A stretch of 63,827 bases of DNA, filler included, from Choristocarpus tenellus KU-1152 (GCA_964200185.2; 12 parts of 12 records of this genome joined end to end with filler, not necessarily neighbours in it); one strand, 5' to 3'; shown: positions 1 through 13,764, counted from the whole stretch's first letter. Notes: generated by a model not told the origin, from the sequence alone. Translations and numbers: made by a program.

Positions 1-1347
1 CCATCCCACCCAAGTATGGGGGGATGGGTGGAGGGACCTCCCCCAACTCCACCCCCAAAGCCTCAGAAGGTCACAATGGGGTCAACAGCATCAGCCCTGC
101 CAGGTTCGGCAGCTGACTTAGGTGGGCCACCAACCTATGCGCCACCGCTCCCGCCAAAGGTTCAAGCAAAGCAAGCTCCTACTGCAGGCAGGACAAGCCT
201 GGAAGATATCTTTTCATCACTACCCCCACCCACAAACCCAGCACCTTCAGGTACTAGTAGCTTGAGCCCAACCCCACCCAGCAGCTCTTCCAATGCTGCC
301 AACAGTTCAGCCATGCTTGAAATGTTTGGTGATATGAAAATCACTCCAACACAATCTGAGCCTAGACACACTGCCATTCCAAGTCCCCTTGCCTCACACA
401 GTGGTATGGCAAATGTAAGTGGTGGAGTTGGAGGCTCAGGCTTTGCCTCGGGTGCTGGAGTAGCAAAGGGCGCTGCCTCTGCTGCTACTTCAGATCTCTC
501 TTGGATGAACAGTACATTTGGAGGCTTGTCAGGGTTTGGAGGGACAGCTCCACCAGGGGGAAATTCTGGGGGTACTCAAGGAGGACTCTCATTACGTAGT
601 CCCATGCTGAACCAAGCAAATAGTCCTCAGAAAATGTTAGGTGGTGACATGGGGGCATATTTTGGGATGAGTCCTTCCCAAGCTGGGTCAACCAGGGCAC
701 CTCAGCCTACTCCTGTTGTCCCGTCCATGCCGATGACATTCCCATCAAACTTTGGTTCTAGCATGGCAGGGGCGGGTAACATGCTTGGAAATGGAGGAGG
801 GGTGGGGAAGATGTACACCCCAGCGGTACAATCAGTAAACACTGCTACCACAGGCAGTGGTGGGGCGAGTTTCCCTGCAGGATTCAGTGGCCTAGGGGCT
901 GGTGGAGGTGGGGGGGGTAGCTTACAGGATCAACTGGCCAAAACGCAGAGTGAGATAGCTCAGCTAACGCAGCAGCTTACCATGGGGAAAACTCGTGGGG
1001 TAGATGGTAGTGGTTCGACAGACTTGAGTAGTGGCATCACAACAGGTGTGATAGGCAATAATTTAGGAGCTTTCAGTGGGAGCTCAGGTATGGTGGGGAG
1101 AATTGATAAAGGAAATGGGAGCTTTAGGAATGCTGGGATGGGGGGGGGAGCATCAGGAATGGGTTTTGGGGGTGGTGGGGGAAACACAAGTGACCCGTTT
1201 GCATTCTTGGGTCAAGCAGAGGAGGGTATGCAAGGAAAGCAGGGAACACAAGGACAAAGTTTGGGGCAGCTGGGAGCATGGCAAGGACAGACGACTGGGC
1301 AAGGGCATCTGCAGGGACAAACCTCTGCATTTGAATTCATGAAGTGA
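1..1347 (+). CDS. 3'-terminal exon of a low-complexity Gly/Ser/Pro-rich protein, possibly a clathrin/AP-adaptor-binding trafficking protein (5' part outside window)
   Basis: Frame open from base 1 to TGA at 1345-1347 (ORF 16..1347, 443 aa); disordered composition, short coiled coil (SLQDQLAKTQSEIAQLTQQL), DPF motif (DPFAFL) and C-terminal SAFEFMK. Family assignment is inference. Confidence 0.75.
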   Translation, partial: PSHPSMGGWVEGPPPTPPPKPQKVTMGSTASALPGSAADLGGPPTYAPPLPPKVQAKQAPTAGRTSLEDIFSSLPPPTNPAPSGTSSLSPTPPSSSSNAANSSAMLEMFGDMKITPTQSEPRHTAIPSPLASHSGMANVSGGVGGSGFASGAGVAKGAASAATSDLSWMNSTFGGLSGFGGTAPPGGNSGGTQGGLSLRSPMLNQANSPQKMLGGDMGAYFGMSPSQAGSTRAPQPTPVVPSMPMTFPSNFGSSMAGAGNMLGNGGGVGKMYTPAVQSVNTATTGSGGASFPAGFSGLGAGGGGGGSLQDQLAKTQSEIAQLTQQLTMGKTRGVDGSGSTDLSSGITTGVIGNNLGAFSGSSGMVGRIDKGNGSFRNAGMGGGASGMGFGGGGGNTSDPFAFLGQAEEGMQGKQGTQGQSLGQLGAWQGQTTGQGHLQGQTSAFEFMK

Positions 1348-3405
1348 TAGATGTTTGGCTTACGTTTTGTGAGAAATGCTGTCTTGTATTCCTTATACCG
1401 TTGTCAGTAGATGCATAACGTTATATACCACCCTCCCTACCTCTGATTCTCATTCAGCAGAAAGAGAGAATTTTCTGGATTTGTTGGTAACCTACCCCAA
1501 TAATGTGCCCTATAGTAGACGCTGTTTTGATTTGTTTAGATGTTGATTTTGATAGCATGTCATGTAGAGCTCACTCTAAAGCTCTATACAATAGCTAAAG
1601 AGTATGCAGTATTGAAGTTTTAATAGTTCATTGTAAAAAGCATATTTGCATTGCTCTCATTACTTTTGAACTGTTGCACTCTCATACAACTAACTGCACT
1701 GGCCCATGCAGTCCTTGCTTTTTTTTTGTGCAATGCATTCAGGTATCCAGCACTTGTCACTCCGCCCACTCCCTCTACTCTTGTGCAATAAGAACCTAAT
1801 CACCTTCGCATTGCTCAACAACAAAGTAGTCCTCAACATCTCAGATTTCCCGTGTTGTGTGGTTAGGTGACAGCAAGGATATAATGCTATTTGTACAGAT
1901 TTACATACAACCTGTAGAACTTTCCACATGGTTCATCAAAGCAGCATTTCCCAAAAGAAAAATATGTCAGCAGGCAGTGTTGAACCCACCCAAGTCTCTC
2001 AGGAATGTTTATACTTAAACCACCAAGTCAAGAGGGAACTCATGATATATTTCAGGAGTACGTTAAACTTGCTTGAACTCCATTCAGGCCATGGGGTTTT
2101 TCTTCCAATCAAACACTTCAATGGGATAAGCATGTGACAATGGCAATCTAAACCCAGTTTATTCTATGAATTGAACAATCATATCGGGTTGCTGAGTTAC
2201 TGCTTATTGTGTTTTTTGGAGGTGTTACTATTAATCGACACAAAAAGAGCGATAGCAAAAATATACACCAGAGTACAAGGTAAATATACCAATATTCCAC
2301 ATTTCCAATTGTAGAACATATGTTGACTTCTTTTGTCAGGCAGTCCCTTGGTTGGCAGGGACATGCAGAGACCTTACGATCACAATCAGTTTGTTTGAAA
2401 CGCGCTGCGGGTGCACTTGTGAACTGTGGGCATTGAAAGATCCTCCACCCTGTCCTATTTCCCACAAGGAATGAGAAGTTTCTACCTCTTACACTGACTC
2501 ACCTTGTGGAAGTTCTTCACATGTCTTCATATTATGTTACTTGGTAGATTTTTGCTAGCAACCCTGGGTAGTTTCGTTCAAAAATGTGTGAAAAGTATAA
2601 AAAGCTGCAACCACTGCTTAATACTGTTGGATTAATATTATAAAGAAAACGTCACAAATTGCAGAATGCGTGATGACGGATGACAACAAAAGAAGGGCCG
2701 CCCTTAGCGCGAAACAAGCTTATACATATATACACAACATGCCTTCAATGTTTGAACTCTTTCACCCTGGAACCAAGTCCTGTAGAAGCATCAAATCACT
2801 GCTGCCACCCACCCCTTGTGTTCTTCACTCTGTTTAGTAGCAGAAGTGTTACCCCCTAAGATGTTTTTTGACTCGATAGCTCTCCTCCCAAGATCGGTTC
2901 CTTCATCTTACATGTGGATCGCTGAATCCCTCCATCTGCAGAACCATCATTGGTGATGGGGCTGTATGCATGGTATAAACTCCTGAAGTTTGCATTGTCT
3001 GGAATGATCGCACCTTCAACAGTTACGGAGCATGCAGATGTGTGCACCATCATGCAGCTCAAGCATATGGGCCTAGATGACACGCTCCTGAAGGGAACAC
3101 AAGGCAACACACAAGAAAGGGAAGCAGTACCATGTATTTACTGCAACACAATAGAGTAAATTACAAATGTGTATGGGAGATGGATTGTTGTTGTCACTAT
3201 TAATACTGGTGATCATATCCTCATGGTACCGTCTGAATAGCACAATCCTTTCTTACTCGCCTTAGGGGGAATATCTGCCCTCACTCCACCTATCTTCTCT
3301 GTTTCTTCCCCTCGTGCTGTTCCTCTTTATTTATCTTTCCACCAGACCCAAAGTATCTGGGAGGGGGGGGGAGATCTACAGCATGGTGTCCATTTGGGTC
3401 AAAAT

Positions 3406-3505
3406 NNNNNNNNNNNNNNNNNNNNNNNNNNNNNNNNNNNNNNNNNNNNTTAATTAATTAANNNNNNNNNNNNNNNNNNNNNNNNNNNNNNNNNNNNNNN
3501 NNNNN
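3406..3505. other. Assembly spacer (N-run + TTAATTAATTAA + N-run, 100 nt); also at about 6831, 11237, 16204, 20483, 24427, 42258, 48127, 53527, 58322 and 60995
   Basis: Identical all-frame stop linker inside Ns, 11 times; an artefact of contig joining. Confidence 0.97.
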
Positions 3506-3743
3506 ATACATAGATAGATACATACATACATACATACATACATACATACATACATACATACCATATATACATACATACATACATACATACATACATACAT
3601 ACATACATACATACATACATACCTACCTACCTACATACCTACCTACATACCTACCTACATACCTACCTACATACCTACCTACCTACATACATACCTACAT
3701 ACCTACCTACATACCTACATACATACATACATACACATACACA
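3506..3743. repeat. (TACA)n/(TACC)n microsatellite
   Basis: Directly visible. Confidence 0.95.
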
Positions 3744-4570
3744 CCTCAAGGCCTGGGGGAGGAGACCCGTCCTCACAAACATATCGCAACAGCGTGCAAC
3801 GCCGAACACCAGAGAGTTGGGTTGGCCAATGAGAGCATGCCACACTTACAGCCCCGCCGTCAGCCTCCACAATGTCACACTGTTCATGTCAATTCATATT
3901 GATGGCACAATAGTGAAATGGGTAAGCAATGTCGTATCACATCATGTTGCGTCATGCCATGTCACCATCAACACACAACAGGACACATCGATTTTCGAAC
4001 AGGCCATGTTGTTTGTTAGAGGTCTCCTAAGAGTATGAAATACGGAGGCAGTATCAACAGAGGTGGAGGGGCATGAGGAAAGGTAGGGCGAAGCGTGGGT
4101 AGAGAGGAGGGCAAGAGGAAGGAACAGGGAGAGGGGACAACACGATTTTCAATACTTAACTGGCAGGGTACAGTACTCACAAGTGAAGAACAAAAACATA
4201 TTTAAACCAGGATAAAATAAAAATATAATTGCGATGAGATCAGACGCACAAGAAACTAGTAATAAAAACACAATACTATATTTGGAGATGTTCATGTGGG
4301 GGACACCAATTATAACTTTCCAGAAATAAAAGATGGAAGGGACATAGCATACATTTCTTTCAACCCCGTTGTTGGGTCGTGGTATCCTCAACAAATTGTT
4401 ACTTAAAGTTCATTATTGCATTCACCTGTTACAGTATTTCGTTTGTACATATTAAAAAGATCGAGAGGCAGGGATAATGGTATAAAAAAATGACAGGACA
4501 GGACAGTTACATAAAAAATAATGATCTCCACCTTAACACTCAGAATCACAACACTAATAAGAACAATAAC

Positions 4571-4623
4571 AGTAGTAGTGGTGGTGGTGGTGGTGGTAGT
4601 AGTGGTGGTAGTAGAAGTAGTAG
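4571..4623. repeat. (AGT/GGT)n microsatellite
   Basis: Directly visible; produces the poly-T/V/G ORFs. Confidence 0.9.
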
Positions 4624-4802
4624 CCACAGTGTGGAGCAGTACAGAGCAGGAGTTCGGATTCAACACACAACACCAAGGCAGAACAAAATTAAGGATAACC
4701 ACCACACTCTTCACTTGATTTGATAATTGTAGAAGTTAACGTGGGTTTGAACATTCCGTTCCATCCCTGTACATGCATATATCTTGAGCATGCAATACAA
4801 AC

Positions 4803-4806
<4 letters not shown>

Positions 4807-4858
<52 letters not shown>
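4807..4858. repeat. (GT)n microsatellite
   Basis: Directly visible. Confidence 0.95.
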
Positions 4859-4859
<1 letters not shown>

Positions 4860-5210
4860 AAGGTTATAAAATCGTGTGTATGACTTTTTGCTCATGTCTC
4901 ATGTCCATGTGCCTGCATACTCGATAAAATAGTACTCATGATGCTACTATACTGCTATATTGTATGTCTCACTCACTGGAACTGTGTCACTGTATGGGTA
5001 ATAAGCACCCCCTCTTGCAGTAAGTGACGCCAACCAACGCATAGCAAAACCCAGGGGGACAGAAACTTCCGCCTCAATGCGGAGGCGTATCGCCTGCCCG
5101 CCCCAGAACATTCCACCAGTCGCATACAGCCTGCCACATGGAAGCAGGAGAGGTATGGAGGCAAGGTGACGTCATTCAGTAGGACACGGCACCATCATGC
5201 ACTTGATTCA

Positions 5211-5273
5211 TTACAAATTACAAATTACAAATTACAAATTACAAGGTACAAATTACAAGGTACAAATTACAAG
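5211..5273 (+). repeat. (TTACAAA)n 7-mer repeat, possibly a LINE/SINE tail
   Basis: About 9 units, with GTACAAA/TTACAAG variants. Confidence 0.85.
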
Positions 5274-6930
5274 CACTGTACAGCATCATCCCTTGACACG
5301 GACAACTGACTTGTGGCTGTCCGCAAAGGGGGATGACGCGAGCAGCAGTGAAGCAACAAAGCAGATGTTGAAATTGTTTTATTTAGTGTAACAGCTGTTA
5401 TGCAGATGCACGTTTATAGCGCATAGGAGAAGTGGGACACATCTCCTGGAATATTGAATTAGTTGGACAACAAAAAAAGCCGTGTACATATGGTTGGAAT
5501 CGTTGGGACAAGAAAAAAAGTCAGAGTGTGAGTGCGTAAATAAGGTTTGAGGTCCTTACTCCACCTGGAAACCAAGACACGGCCCATTTTAGGTCTATAT
5601 ACTTAAGGCCTCCCAAGGTGGACACAGGAGGCATCCAAAACGTTGTAATCTCTGCCACATGTCAATTCATCCCGTAAGATGGATAACACATATACATACA
5701 TATATGCAATGAAAGCTGATGTACTAACGTGTCAATTAATCTATAGCAACACCTTCGACTCACAACACAGTGCGCAATAGGGCACATAATCTGAGTGAGG
5801 GGAACATTTCTTGTTCATTTATGTTTATTTTATTTTTACTTCATTTTTTTTCCCACCTACCCGGTTTTTTCACCTACTCACAACGCAAAGCCTATCGTGT
5901 GGTGTGAAAAAGACTGTGCCATCGGAACGTCGACATGCACAGGACTGACTCAATCGATGCATTATGGTGGTGACTCAAGTCATTTCGGTTGGCGACACAG
6001 AACATTCAAAGCAACGTAACACTTCAACCACTCCAAGCCCTACTGGCTCTTCTCTTTTTTTTTGGGGGGGGGGGGTCTAACCGCCTCCCAAGTACTAAAA
6101 TTAAACTTCAACCAGGAAAACTAGTTCTTTCCTTTCCTCTTTTCAGAGGTGTGAAATCTCGATTCAATCTCCTCCTCCTCCTCCTCCTCCTCCTCCTCAC
6201 ACCCCAGGCGTTTCAGAATACACTACCCAGACCCTCCAAAAGACTAGTACCACAAACATTGTTTTTACCCAATGCAACAAATACCAACCAAATATCACCC
6301 GTACTAACAATCGCTGCACACAAAATAATCATCCATATTTCCATCTCGCCAGCCTGTGATTTAACGACCTCGCACCTCCTGTCAGAGACTGTGAGAGTCC
6401 ACATGAACACTCTCCCTCCCCACCCCCAACATGCCAAGGACCTTCCCCTTTCTCCTCCCGAGTCTTCACAACAGCCATCGCCTTCTTGTATCCCACTCCC
6501 ACTCAATGGCCAACACCCTCCAACACTCCTTCCTCCCTTGCCCACACAGCCGCAGGTATCAAACTGGTAGAATAGGATAATTAATACACCTGCCTGATCT
6601 TCAGAAAGCACCTCTCCCCTGACAAAACTTCTTGATTTTCTCCCTTTTAGTTTGGGTTAGAGCGTCCCTTTAGCCCGTTGACCTTAACTTGTGGTGACAA
6701 TCAAGTCTCAAGTCCACTCCGTCATCACAGCAGCCATGTCAGCCCTTGCCTCATCTTTGGTCAACCCCCCCTCCCCCTCCCCCTCCCTCACCCTCACCCT
6801 GTCTTGTTTGCAGCATCTCCTTGTCTACACNNNNNNNNNNNNNNNNNNNNNNNNNNNNNNNNNNNNNNNNNNNNTTAATTAATTAANNNNNNNNNNNNNN
6901 NNNNNNNNNNNNNNNNNNNNNNNNNNNNNN

Positions 6931-7211
6931 ATCGCAACATTGGATTTTGGTCCCCAAATGGACGCGGCCCTACCCTCTAAGATACATTGTCTCTATTGGG
7001 GTCCAATGTTGCAATTTTGATATAATTTTGGCTATCATGTTTGTTAGGAGATGCCAATATCCTTGTTTTGGACACTCATTTTCATAACGTATACACTCTA
7101 CCTACTCAGAAACATTTTAGAGTAGGTGAAATGTCATTAAAAACCAGTGGGAAGTCAAGTCCCGAATGGACAAACATGGAAAAACTCGTACTCTCTAAGG
7201 TACTTTAACTC
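6931..7211. mobile_element. Two partial, oppositely oriented copies of the 258-bp MITE-B family, truncating the Copia integrase
   Basis: 6931-6993 matches one MITE-B end (CCCTCTAAGATACATTGTCTC); about 6997-7211 matches the body and other end (CTCTCTAAGGTACTTTAACTC). Confidence 0.85.
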
Positions 7212-9445
7212 GCACCAAAAGCACCCTCATAAAATTCCCCCCCATTATCAGACTGCACGCACATGACCCAAGAGGGAGTACCTTTAGCCTGGATGTTGGC
7301 CAGGTACTTCTTGAAGGCTTCGGCGGCATCCGACTTAGCACAAAGGAAATACAACCAAACAAAACGAGAATAGTCGTCCCAAATTATTGTGTATCGCTTA
7401 CTGCCGACTGAAAGAGTAGCCCTGTTCCCACTTAGATTGACAAAAATCCGACCCATCTTTCTCACCGCCCTTGTAGACGTGCTGAACGGGACACCCTTCC
7501 GGATGCCCTTCCTCATAGAGCAGCCCAGTCATGGCTCCAGCTCACTCACCAATGTAATGCCCATTGAAGTGGCGGTGGACTTGAACAATGCCTCATGTAC
7601 GTGGCCATAAGAGCGATGAAAGAGGTTAATGTCAATGTTGGTGTGGTGGCCTTCAAAGCAACTTCAACATTTCGACCCGGTCATGGCAATATGCGTTGAC
7701 CATGGAGGGTATAATGACAACCTGGATCTCTTGTGAAGATAAGTTTGCCATCAAGTAATGAAAATGTACTAGCCGTGCAAGTGCATTTTGCTCCCATGTC
7801 TGATGCGGCTCGGCAAGAAAAAAGATTAAATCCAAGATTTGGGACATGTGCGACATTATGGAGGAGTATCTCTACTTCCTTGTTGTCATGCGAGGGGAAA
7901 AAGATGGTTAGATCACCATGACCAGCGATTGAATAGGAATTCCGACAGGCAGTGATTACCCTCCAATCTACTACACAGGGCTTGTAGTTGGTCATGCACG
8001 CTATCATGTTTGTCATGTGACATGTAGCCGCACTGTCGAAAATTCACTCTTCTCTTTCGTGGCCAACCCCAACACTTGACACCAAACATTCATTTACTCC
8101 ACATTTGCCTTGAGCATTGCTGCTCGGAGAGTCATCAGTGGTGGCCAGTAGTGTGTACCACAGTAATGTGAGAAGGTTTCGCCTCGGTCTCGTTCTTTTC
8201 TTTCCCAAACTCCACTGTAGCCATGAACACTGAAATACATGTTGTAGCATCATGGGCACGTCCCCCACGCTTGATGCAAATGCGGCTTGGGTAAGCTCCC
8301 TTCTCGTGTCCATCTTACCACACCTCTACCAAGGAATCTTCTGGAACTATTAGGATTGGAATTAGAACCATTTTTTATTTCTTTCGCCATGAAATTTACG
8401 TTCTTCCCCACGATCTTGGCCGTTACGATGAGACTGACTCTTCATCTGTGATGAGCTGCTAACAACCAAGCGTGACTGTTCTTGTGTCTTGATTCCTTCC
8501 CTTGATGAAGGGAAGCATATCGTTCATGGACTGTGTTCTCTATGTCTGCTCGACATAATGTCCTCTGTGAGACCATCATGTATATCTCAGTATTGTAATC
8601 CCATCCGAGCGTACTCACAGAAACTGTAGGAGCAGCAGCTTGTCCAAGATGACGAGGTCCAATGATAGCATCCTCCTTCGTAGCTCCTCCAATTGGGTTA
8701 AGGTCAGGATCGGATTCGCCCCCTTCTCCACCTTCGAAGAGAAAAACTCATGGAACAAATGTTGGCTATTACCAACTGCATTAGGCATGAACCAATAATC
8801 TATTGCTCGGAAAAGCTCCCTCGGACTTTGGTGTATACAGCACAGAGCCTTGGTGGTGGGTGCGACAAGATCAAAAGTAAGTGCATAGTAAGCCTCTTTG
8901 GCCATCCATACATCCTTCGTACTGAACCCATCCGAGAGAAGTTCCTCGTAGGTGCGTTCTTGGTTAACTGGTCTTTCACTTTTCAACGCACCCAGGGAGT
9001 GGGTATATTAACAATGCATGATGAAACGCCTCCTCCACCAGTCCCAGTAGTCCGAGTCGTCCAATACTTTTGGTGGCTGAACCCTTGACCTCTTAGGGTG
9101 AATAATATGTGCACCCGACCACAAAATCACCAAAGAACCGGACCTCTGGCTCGCCCCACTTTTGATGCTTACAGCATCCAAACTGTTTCCCCTCTCCGAG
9201 AAATTTTCCCTCAACATGAGTGCCATAGGACCCATTTCGACTGGTACATGCCCAGGCGGAGGCCATGTGCTGGGCACAGTGGCCTGGACGACGGGATGAT
9301 TTCTGTCGCCGACTCTATCAGACTGCAACATGAGATTGCCAACGTTTCTTGATAGATCTGCTACCGTCGTCATAAGCTGCCGGAATTCTTGAGCAGATGG
9401 ACCCTCAGCAGGAACAGGTAGAGTCTCATCTCCATCTGAAGACAT
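7212..9445 (-). mobile_element. Ty1/Copia LTR retrotransposon remnant: gag, protease, GAG-pre-integrase, partial integrase core (frameshifted)
   Basis: Gag-like YWDWWRRRF and LLLQFL segments; protease FDSAATCHMT (about 8040-8011); DINLFHRSYGH...CSMRKG; integrase RIFVNLSG, DDYSRFVWLYFL, VQSDNGGEF. PR-INT order is Copia-type. Confidence 0.92.
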
Positions 9446-9884
9446 GATGAAATGACGGGTGAGAAACCTGAGGTTCAATATATTGTGTGAAAGTATAGCC
9501 CAAATCATCAAAAACAATAAAGGCGATAAACCAAATGAGATTGCTTGATGCCTGTAGAGTGATTGATTAACGTTAAGTGGGGCATGCTGCATCCCATAAA
9601 ATCGTAAATATTTCCTCTTCTATGAGAAATACTCTCATATAGCTATTCACTAATAAAAGGTTCTGATTAACTTAATCACTAAAGATTGTTCTCTCACTCC
9701 ATATACAGTTTACCACAACTGTTCGATAGAGTTGGAAGCGTCTAATAGAAGATGATCCCACTTGATTCCTACCCAATGGCTGCAAGCATATATTTATGTT
9801 GTGAATTATACAGGTTTCAGTGAAGTGTTGTTCATTGCGAATGTAGAAGACCAGTAAATTAAGATCTCCCTAACGAGTGTAAAC

Positions 9885-10358
9885 TGTGCAAATTACCTTG
9901 GGAGGTAATGCTATTTGTTAGTAGTGAAGATAAGAAGGTGTGAAGCCTCACACGACTCCCTTTGCTGAACGTGAAAAAGAAAGGATGGTTGAAATTAGAA
10001 GAGTGACCTTTGAGTGGTGTCTTCTAATTGCTTGTTTATTTGTGCTTCACATACATAAGTCCATGGTTATGTCAAAGTAGTTGAATGCAGAATAAAAACC
10101 CATACCTATTCCCATTCATAATCCAGATGTACTATCTCATTAGTTACATCTCTCATACTCAAAATAAGGTACACCTTACTATTGTCCTACTTTGCACACT
10201 CCCCCATGAGAGTAAAGGCAATGAAAGAGTTGCTGGAACTCTCAAACCTAAAACATCTTCTTCTTCACACTCCCCATTCTGCACACTTGCCCATGAAAAT
10301 GGAAGTGAAACACATCAGATTGGTTCACTTCTCACACATATCACATTTACCTTGTCAA
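9885..10358 (-). repeat. Probable 3' LTR of the second Copia element; homologous fragment at 48010-48126
   Basis: Begins TGTGCAAATTACCTTGGG; the first ~120 bp are near-identical to 48010-48126; lies directly 3' of the RNase H remnant. Confidence 0.7.
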
Positions 10359-10399
10359 CGCAGTAAAAGAATGCAGATTACTTCAATTTTAACACACGA

Positions 10400-11236
10400 C
10401 ATCCATCTAGTCAACACCGTGTGTACAAAGTCTTCTACCTGCTTCTTGCGTAATCTTTTGGTCAAGATGTCCGCAAGTTGGAGTGCCGTGGGAATATATT
10501 TTACTGTAAAAACCTCCTTTGCCAACATACTCCCTGGTGCATTTTAGTATATTATCTACATACCTTGTCCGTCCATTGAAGCCTTCAGTCACTGCAGCTT
10601 GGATTGCACCTCGACTATCTCCATATCAAACCGTGACCCCTTTGAGTATGCCCAGCTCCCCCAGGGTGCCTCTGAGGAATTTTTGCATGCCTCGTTCCAT
10701 GCATCATCGCTGTCCATTCTGCCTCTGATGAAGATGTGGTTACAGCTCCTTGGATCTTGGATTTCCAAGCAATTGGTGCTCCATTCCTGAGTATCAGATA
10801 CCCTGTCACACTCCACCTTGATGCAGTGTCATTGCCCCAGTCTGAGTCTCCATACCCAACCAGGCCCCCATTGTCCATTTCACCACCAGCAGGATAGTGT
10901 ATCCCTACTTTTGTGGTGCCCAACAGGTATCGCAGAACATGTTGTAATCCTTTCCAGTGTCAATCACATGGGGATGCTGCATATCTTCCCAGTTCCCGCA
11001 CACTGTTGGATATGTCTGGTCGTGTCATCCCGGCTAGGAACATAAGTTTTCCCCAGGATGGTGCAGTAAGGTTTGTACCTCTGGTCCAGCTCCTCCTTGT
11101 GAGTTCTTCTTCGGTCAGGTCCATTCATAGGTTTGAGATGGTCCCCCTTTGCTGCTTGTCCTGTTGACGTAGCACTCACTCCCCCAGGCTTGAAGACTAT
11201 CATAATTGAATGTCTTGTACATCCTCTCGTTGAGTG
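10400..11236 (-). mobile_element. Ty1/Copia RT C-terminus and RNase H remnant
   Basis: LVGYGDSDWGND, SVTGYLI, PIAWKSKIQGAVTTSSSEAEW, GRTRYVD; frameshifted. Confidence 0.93.
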
Positions 11237-12841
11237 NNNNNNNNNNNNNNNNNNNNNNNNNNNNNNNNNNNNNNNNNNNNTTAATTAATTAANNNNNNNN
11301 NNNNNNNNNNNNNNNNNNNNNNNNNNNNNNNNNNNNTGGTTTAATGGACCCCCTGGGGTAGACCCCCCCCCCCCCCCGGATGCTTTGGGTCAATCATTGA
11401 ATGAGGGCAACGGAAATATTGCTACTTATAAAGTACTCCTTATGATTGCATACTTAAAAGTATCATAGGTGTATTAAAACTTCCAAGGTGATATTTTCAG
11501 CCACAACATTCACTTACTTATATCGTTAAAATGGCCAGAGAAGAGGGGGTAGAATATCGTGAACTTGAGCAAGAACAAGGAACAAACATCCATATTAATA
11601 GTGTTGGATAAGGGTGGACTGAAGCATCGCACGCTTTCCAATCTCATCTATCTGTGATGAAGATCCATCAAGTCAGCATCTTACATCCACATTTTAATGC
11701 AAACAATGAAGAACCCAAGACTCAGCTCAGGCATTCTGTGACTTGTCACCCCTGCTTTCTCACCGACATATATGCCTCAAGGATCTTGACACCAATCCTC
11801 TTGAGCAGAGGCGCGGGATCGTCTCCGACTTTTTATTAACTCTAAAAGCACAAGACTAATAATTTGAAGGGTGACTCCCTTACATAAGCTTGCTTACGGG
11901 GTCAAACTCAAACAACTAAATGTTGCCAAATTCATGTCACTTTCTTGTTGACCATCTGTAGCAGCAATGCGGTCACCTGCAATGAGTGTATACATTGAGT
12001 GCGCTTCCTACACTTTGGAAACAAGTAACGGATCCCTTCTTCTTCAACAAATAAACTATCGACACTTTGTAAGTGTAGAAGTATTTCCAAATAAATGACA
12101 TTCAGAGTGGCTCAGTATGATCAGTCAAAGAAGGGGTGGGAGCATGTGGTAGTGGAAGAAAAAATTATGCCGTATGTATATGTTCACTATCTGATTAAAA
12201 CATTGATACAAACACTCTTTTTAAGCAGATCACATTTTTGGTGAACACTGTGAAACACAAATGCCTAACATAACAGAGGTCCCACCAAGACAAAAATGAT
12301 ATGCACACCTCACACTAAGATTTCATAATTCCTCCAGCATGTACAGGTGCGTCCAGCTTTAGCAACTCAGGTTTGCTCTAATGTACCCCAGTGCCGTTCC
12401 TCATGTCTCAAACTCTTATTAGGAATCTCCTGAAAAGTACTTATGTCACCTGAATTCTCATGGTTAGCAGATTGAACCTGATGGATCTCTCATACCACAT
12501 CCATGGTCGGACCACCAATCATATTACGCAGTCGACTCGTGCAGTCCAGGATACGTCTCTTGTACGACTTCTCTGGTCCCGCAGAGGTCCAGGCAGCACA
12601 AGGGGGTAACAGGAGGTTCACACTCGGCCAGCCTTAGCAACTTACCGTGGTGTCCCAACCATTGCTCAGATATGAACAGCTCCATACTTTGTGTGGGGCC
12701 TTGAATGACACCGAAGCATGAAGCTGCTGAATGAGGATGGAGTCATAATTGTTGCAGAAGTTTAGACATTTATCCGCTTGGCGCAGACACGTTGATCACC
12801 TTAGAAGGACCCAGGTCTGGTGACCAAGGGGAACGGAGGTA

Positions 12842-13024
12842 GGCTCAGAGTATCTGCGGGGGAGTGGCAGCTGTCCATTTGGGGCCAATTTTTCCATGTC
12901 GTGATTTTGTGTGATTTGGTTGCATACGTCCGATGGATAATGTAAGTGAACTTTTCCTGGTTACGTCCCAAATGGACACCCTGGTGTAGACCCCCCACCC
13001 CACCCCACCCAGATACGTTGGGTC
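12842..13024 (+). mobile_element. MITE-A (about 183 bp), full copy
   Basis: Termini GGCTCAGAGTATCTG...CAGATACGTTGGGTC with subterminal GTCCATTTGG inverted repeats. Partial copies at 3345-3405, 11337-11391, 16144-16203, 24403-24426, 53627-53711 and 58297-58321. Confidence 0.85.
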
Positions 13025-13086
13025 GTCACATGCTGTGAATGATCTTGGCAGTGTGGATCTATCTACATTATCTGCTTCATGGATGG

Positions 13087-13268
13087 GTCCCAAAGTTATC
13101 TGGGGGGAGAGGGCGGTCTACACCAGGGTGTCCATTTGGACCAAAACCAGGAAAAGTGCACTTACATTATCGATCCAACGTATGGAATTAAATCTCCCAA
13201 TAATCGCGACATGAAAAAATTGACCCCAAATGGACAGCCGCCACCCACCCCCCCAGATACTTTGAGCT
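13087..13268 (-). mobile_element. MITE-A full copy with 4-bp TSD ATGG
   Basis: ATGG at 13083-13086 and 13269-13272 flanks GTCCCAAAG...GATACTTTGAGCT; inverted relative to the 12842 copy. Confidence 0.88.
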
Positions 13269-13764
13269 ATGGGCAACGGTTCATCTCCAACCATCATTTC
13301 CCATCCACAAGAGGTATTAAAAGCTATCAGCAGACAGAAACACGACAGGATGTGATGGAGGTTCTGCAACGAAGTTTGAACCATCTACAGCTGTCTTTTC
13401 TCTTTTCATGTTTTTTTGGGGAGGCGGGGTTACGAGGAAGGAGGGGATCAGTATACAGTGATTACTGTACTGATCACTACTACACACCCTCCAGTGTAGC
13501 GAGGAAAAGTTCTCTATAATCACGCTTAACACCTCTTGACCATAGCTACTAATGATGTTTTTCACCAACATACCAAAAAAAATTACCATAGCTACTAAGA
13601 TGCATGTACTTTGACATGATTGGGCTGGCTTGGCTGCCGATTTAGCATGCACCTACATCAACTCTGGCATGTCACTCATATATTAAGCGCGTTGTTTCAT
13701 AAACCATGCATGTGTACTATCTGTCGTGTTGTTTTATTGCCTCTGTATTCCAGCCCTCGATTTA

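Noticed and set aside
3450-3461. Recurrent TTAATTAATTAA motif
   Set aside because: Always centred in N-runs; an artificial linker, not a biological repeat or TTAA TSD.
4403-4895. ORFs with poly-T/V/G and HT repeats
   Set aside because: Translation of microsatellites.
5989-6611. 193-aa and 132-aa ORFs
   Set aside because: Low-complexity frames over what may be a decayed LINE 3' end; no recognisable domain.
11600-12800. Spliced tyrosine recombinase (Crypton-like) relic on the minus strand
   Set aside because: Splice-like sites and fragments (SRYLFPK, SRSLRH, DWK..Y) fall in different frames with many stops; cannot be supported by eye.
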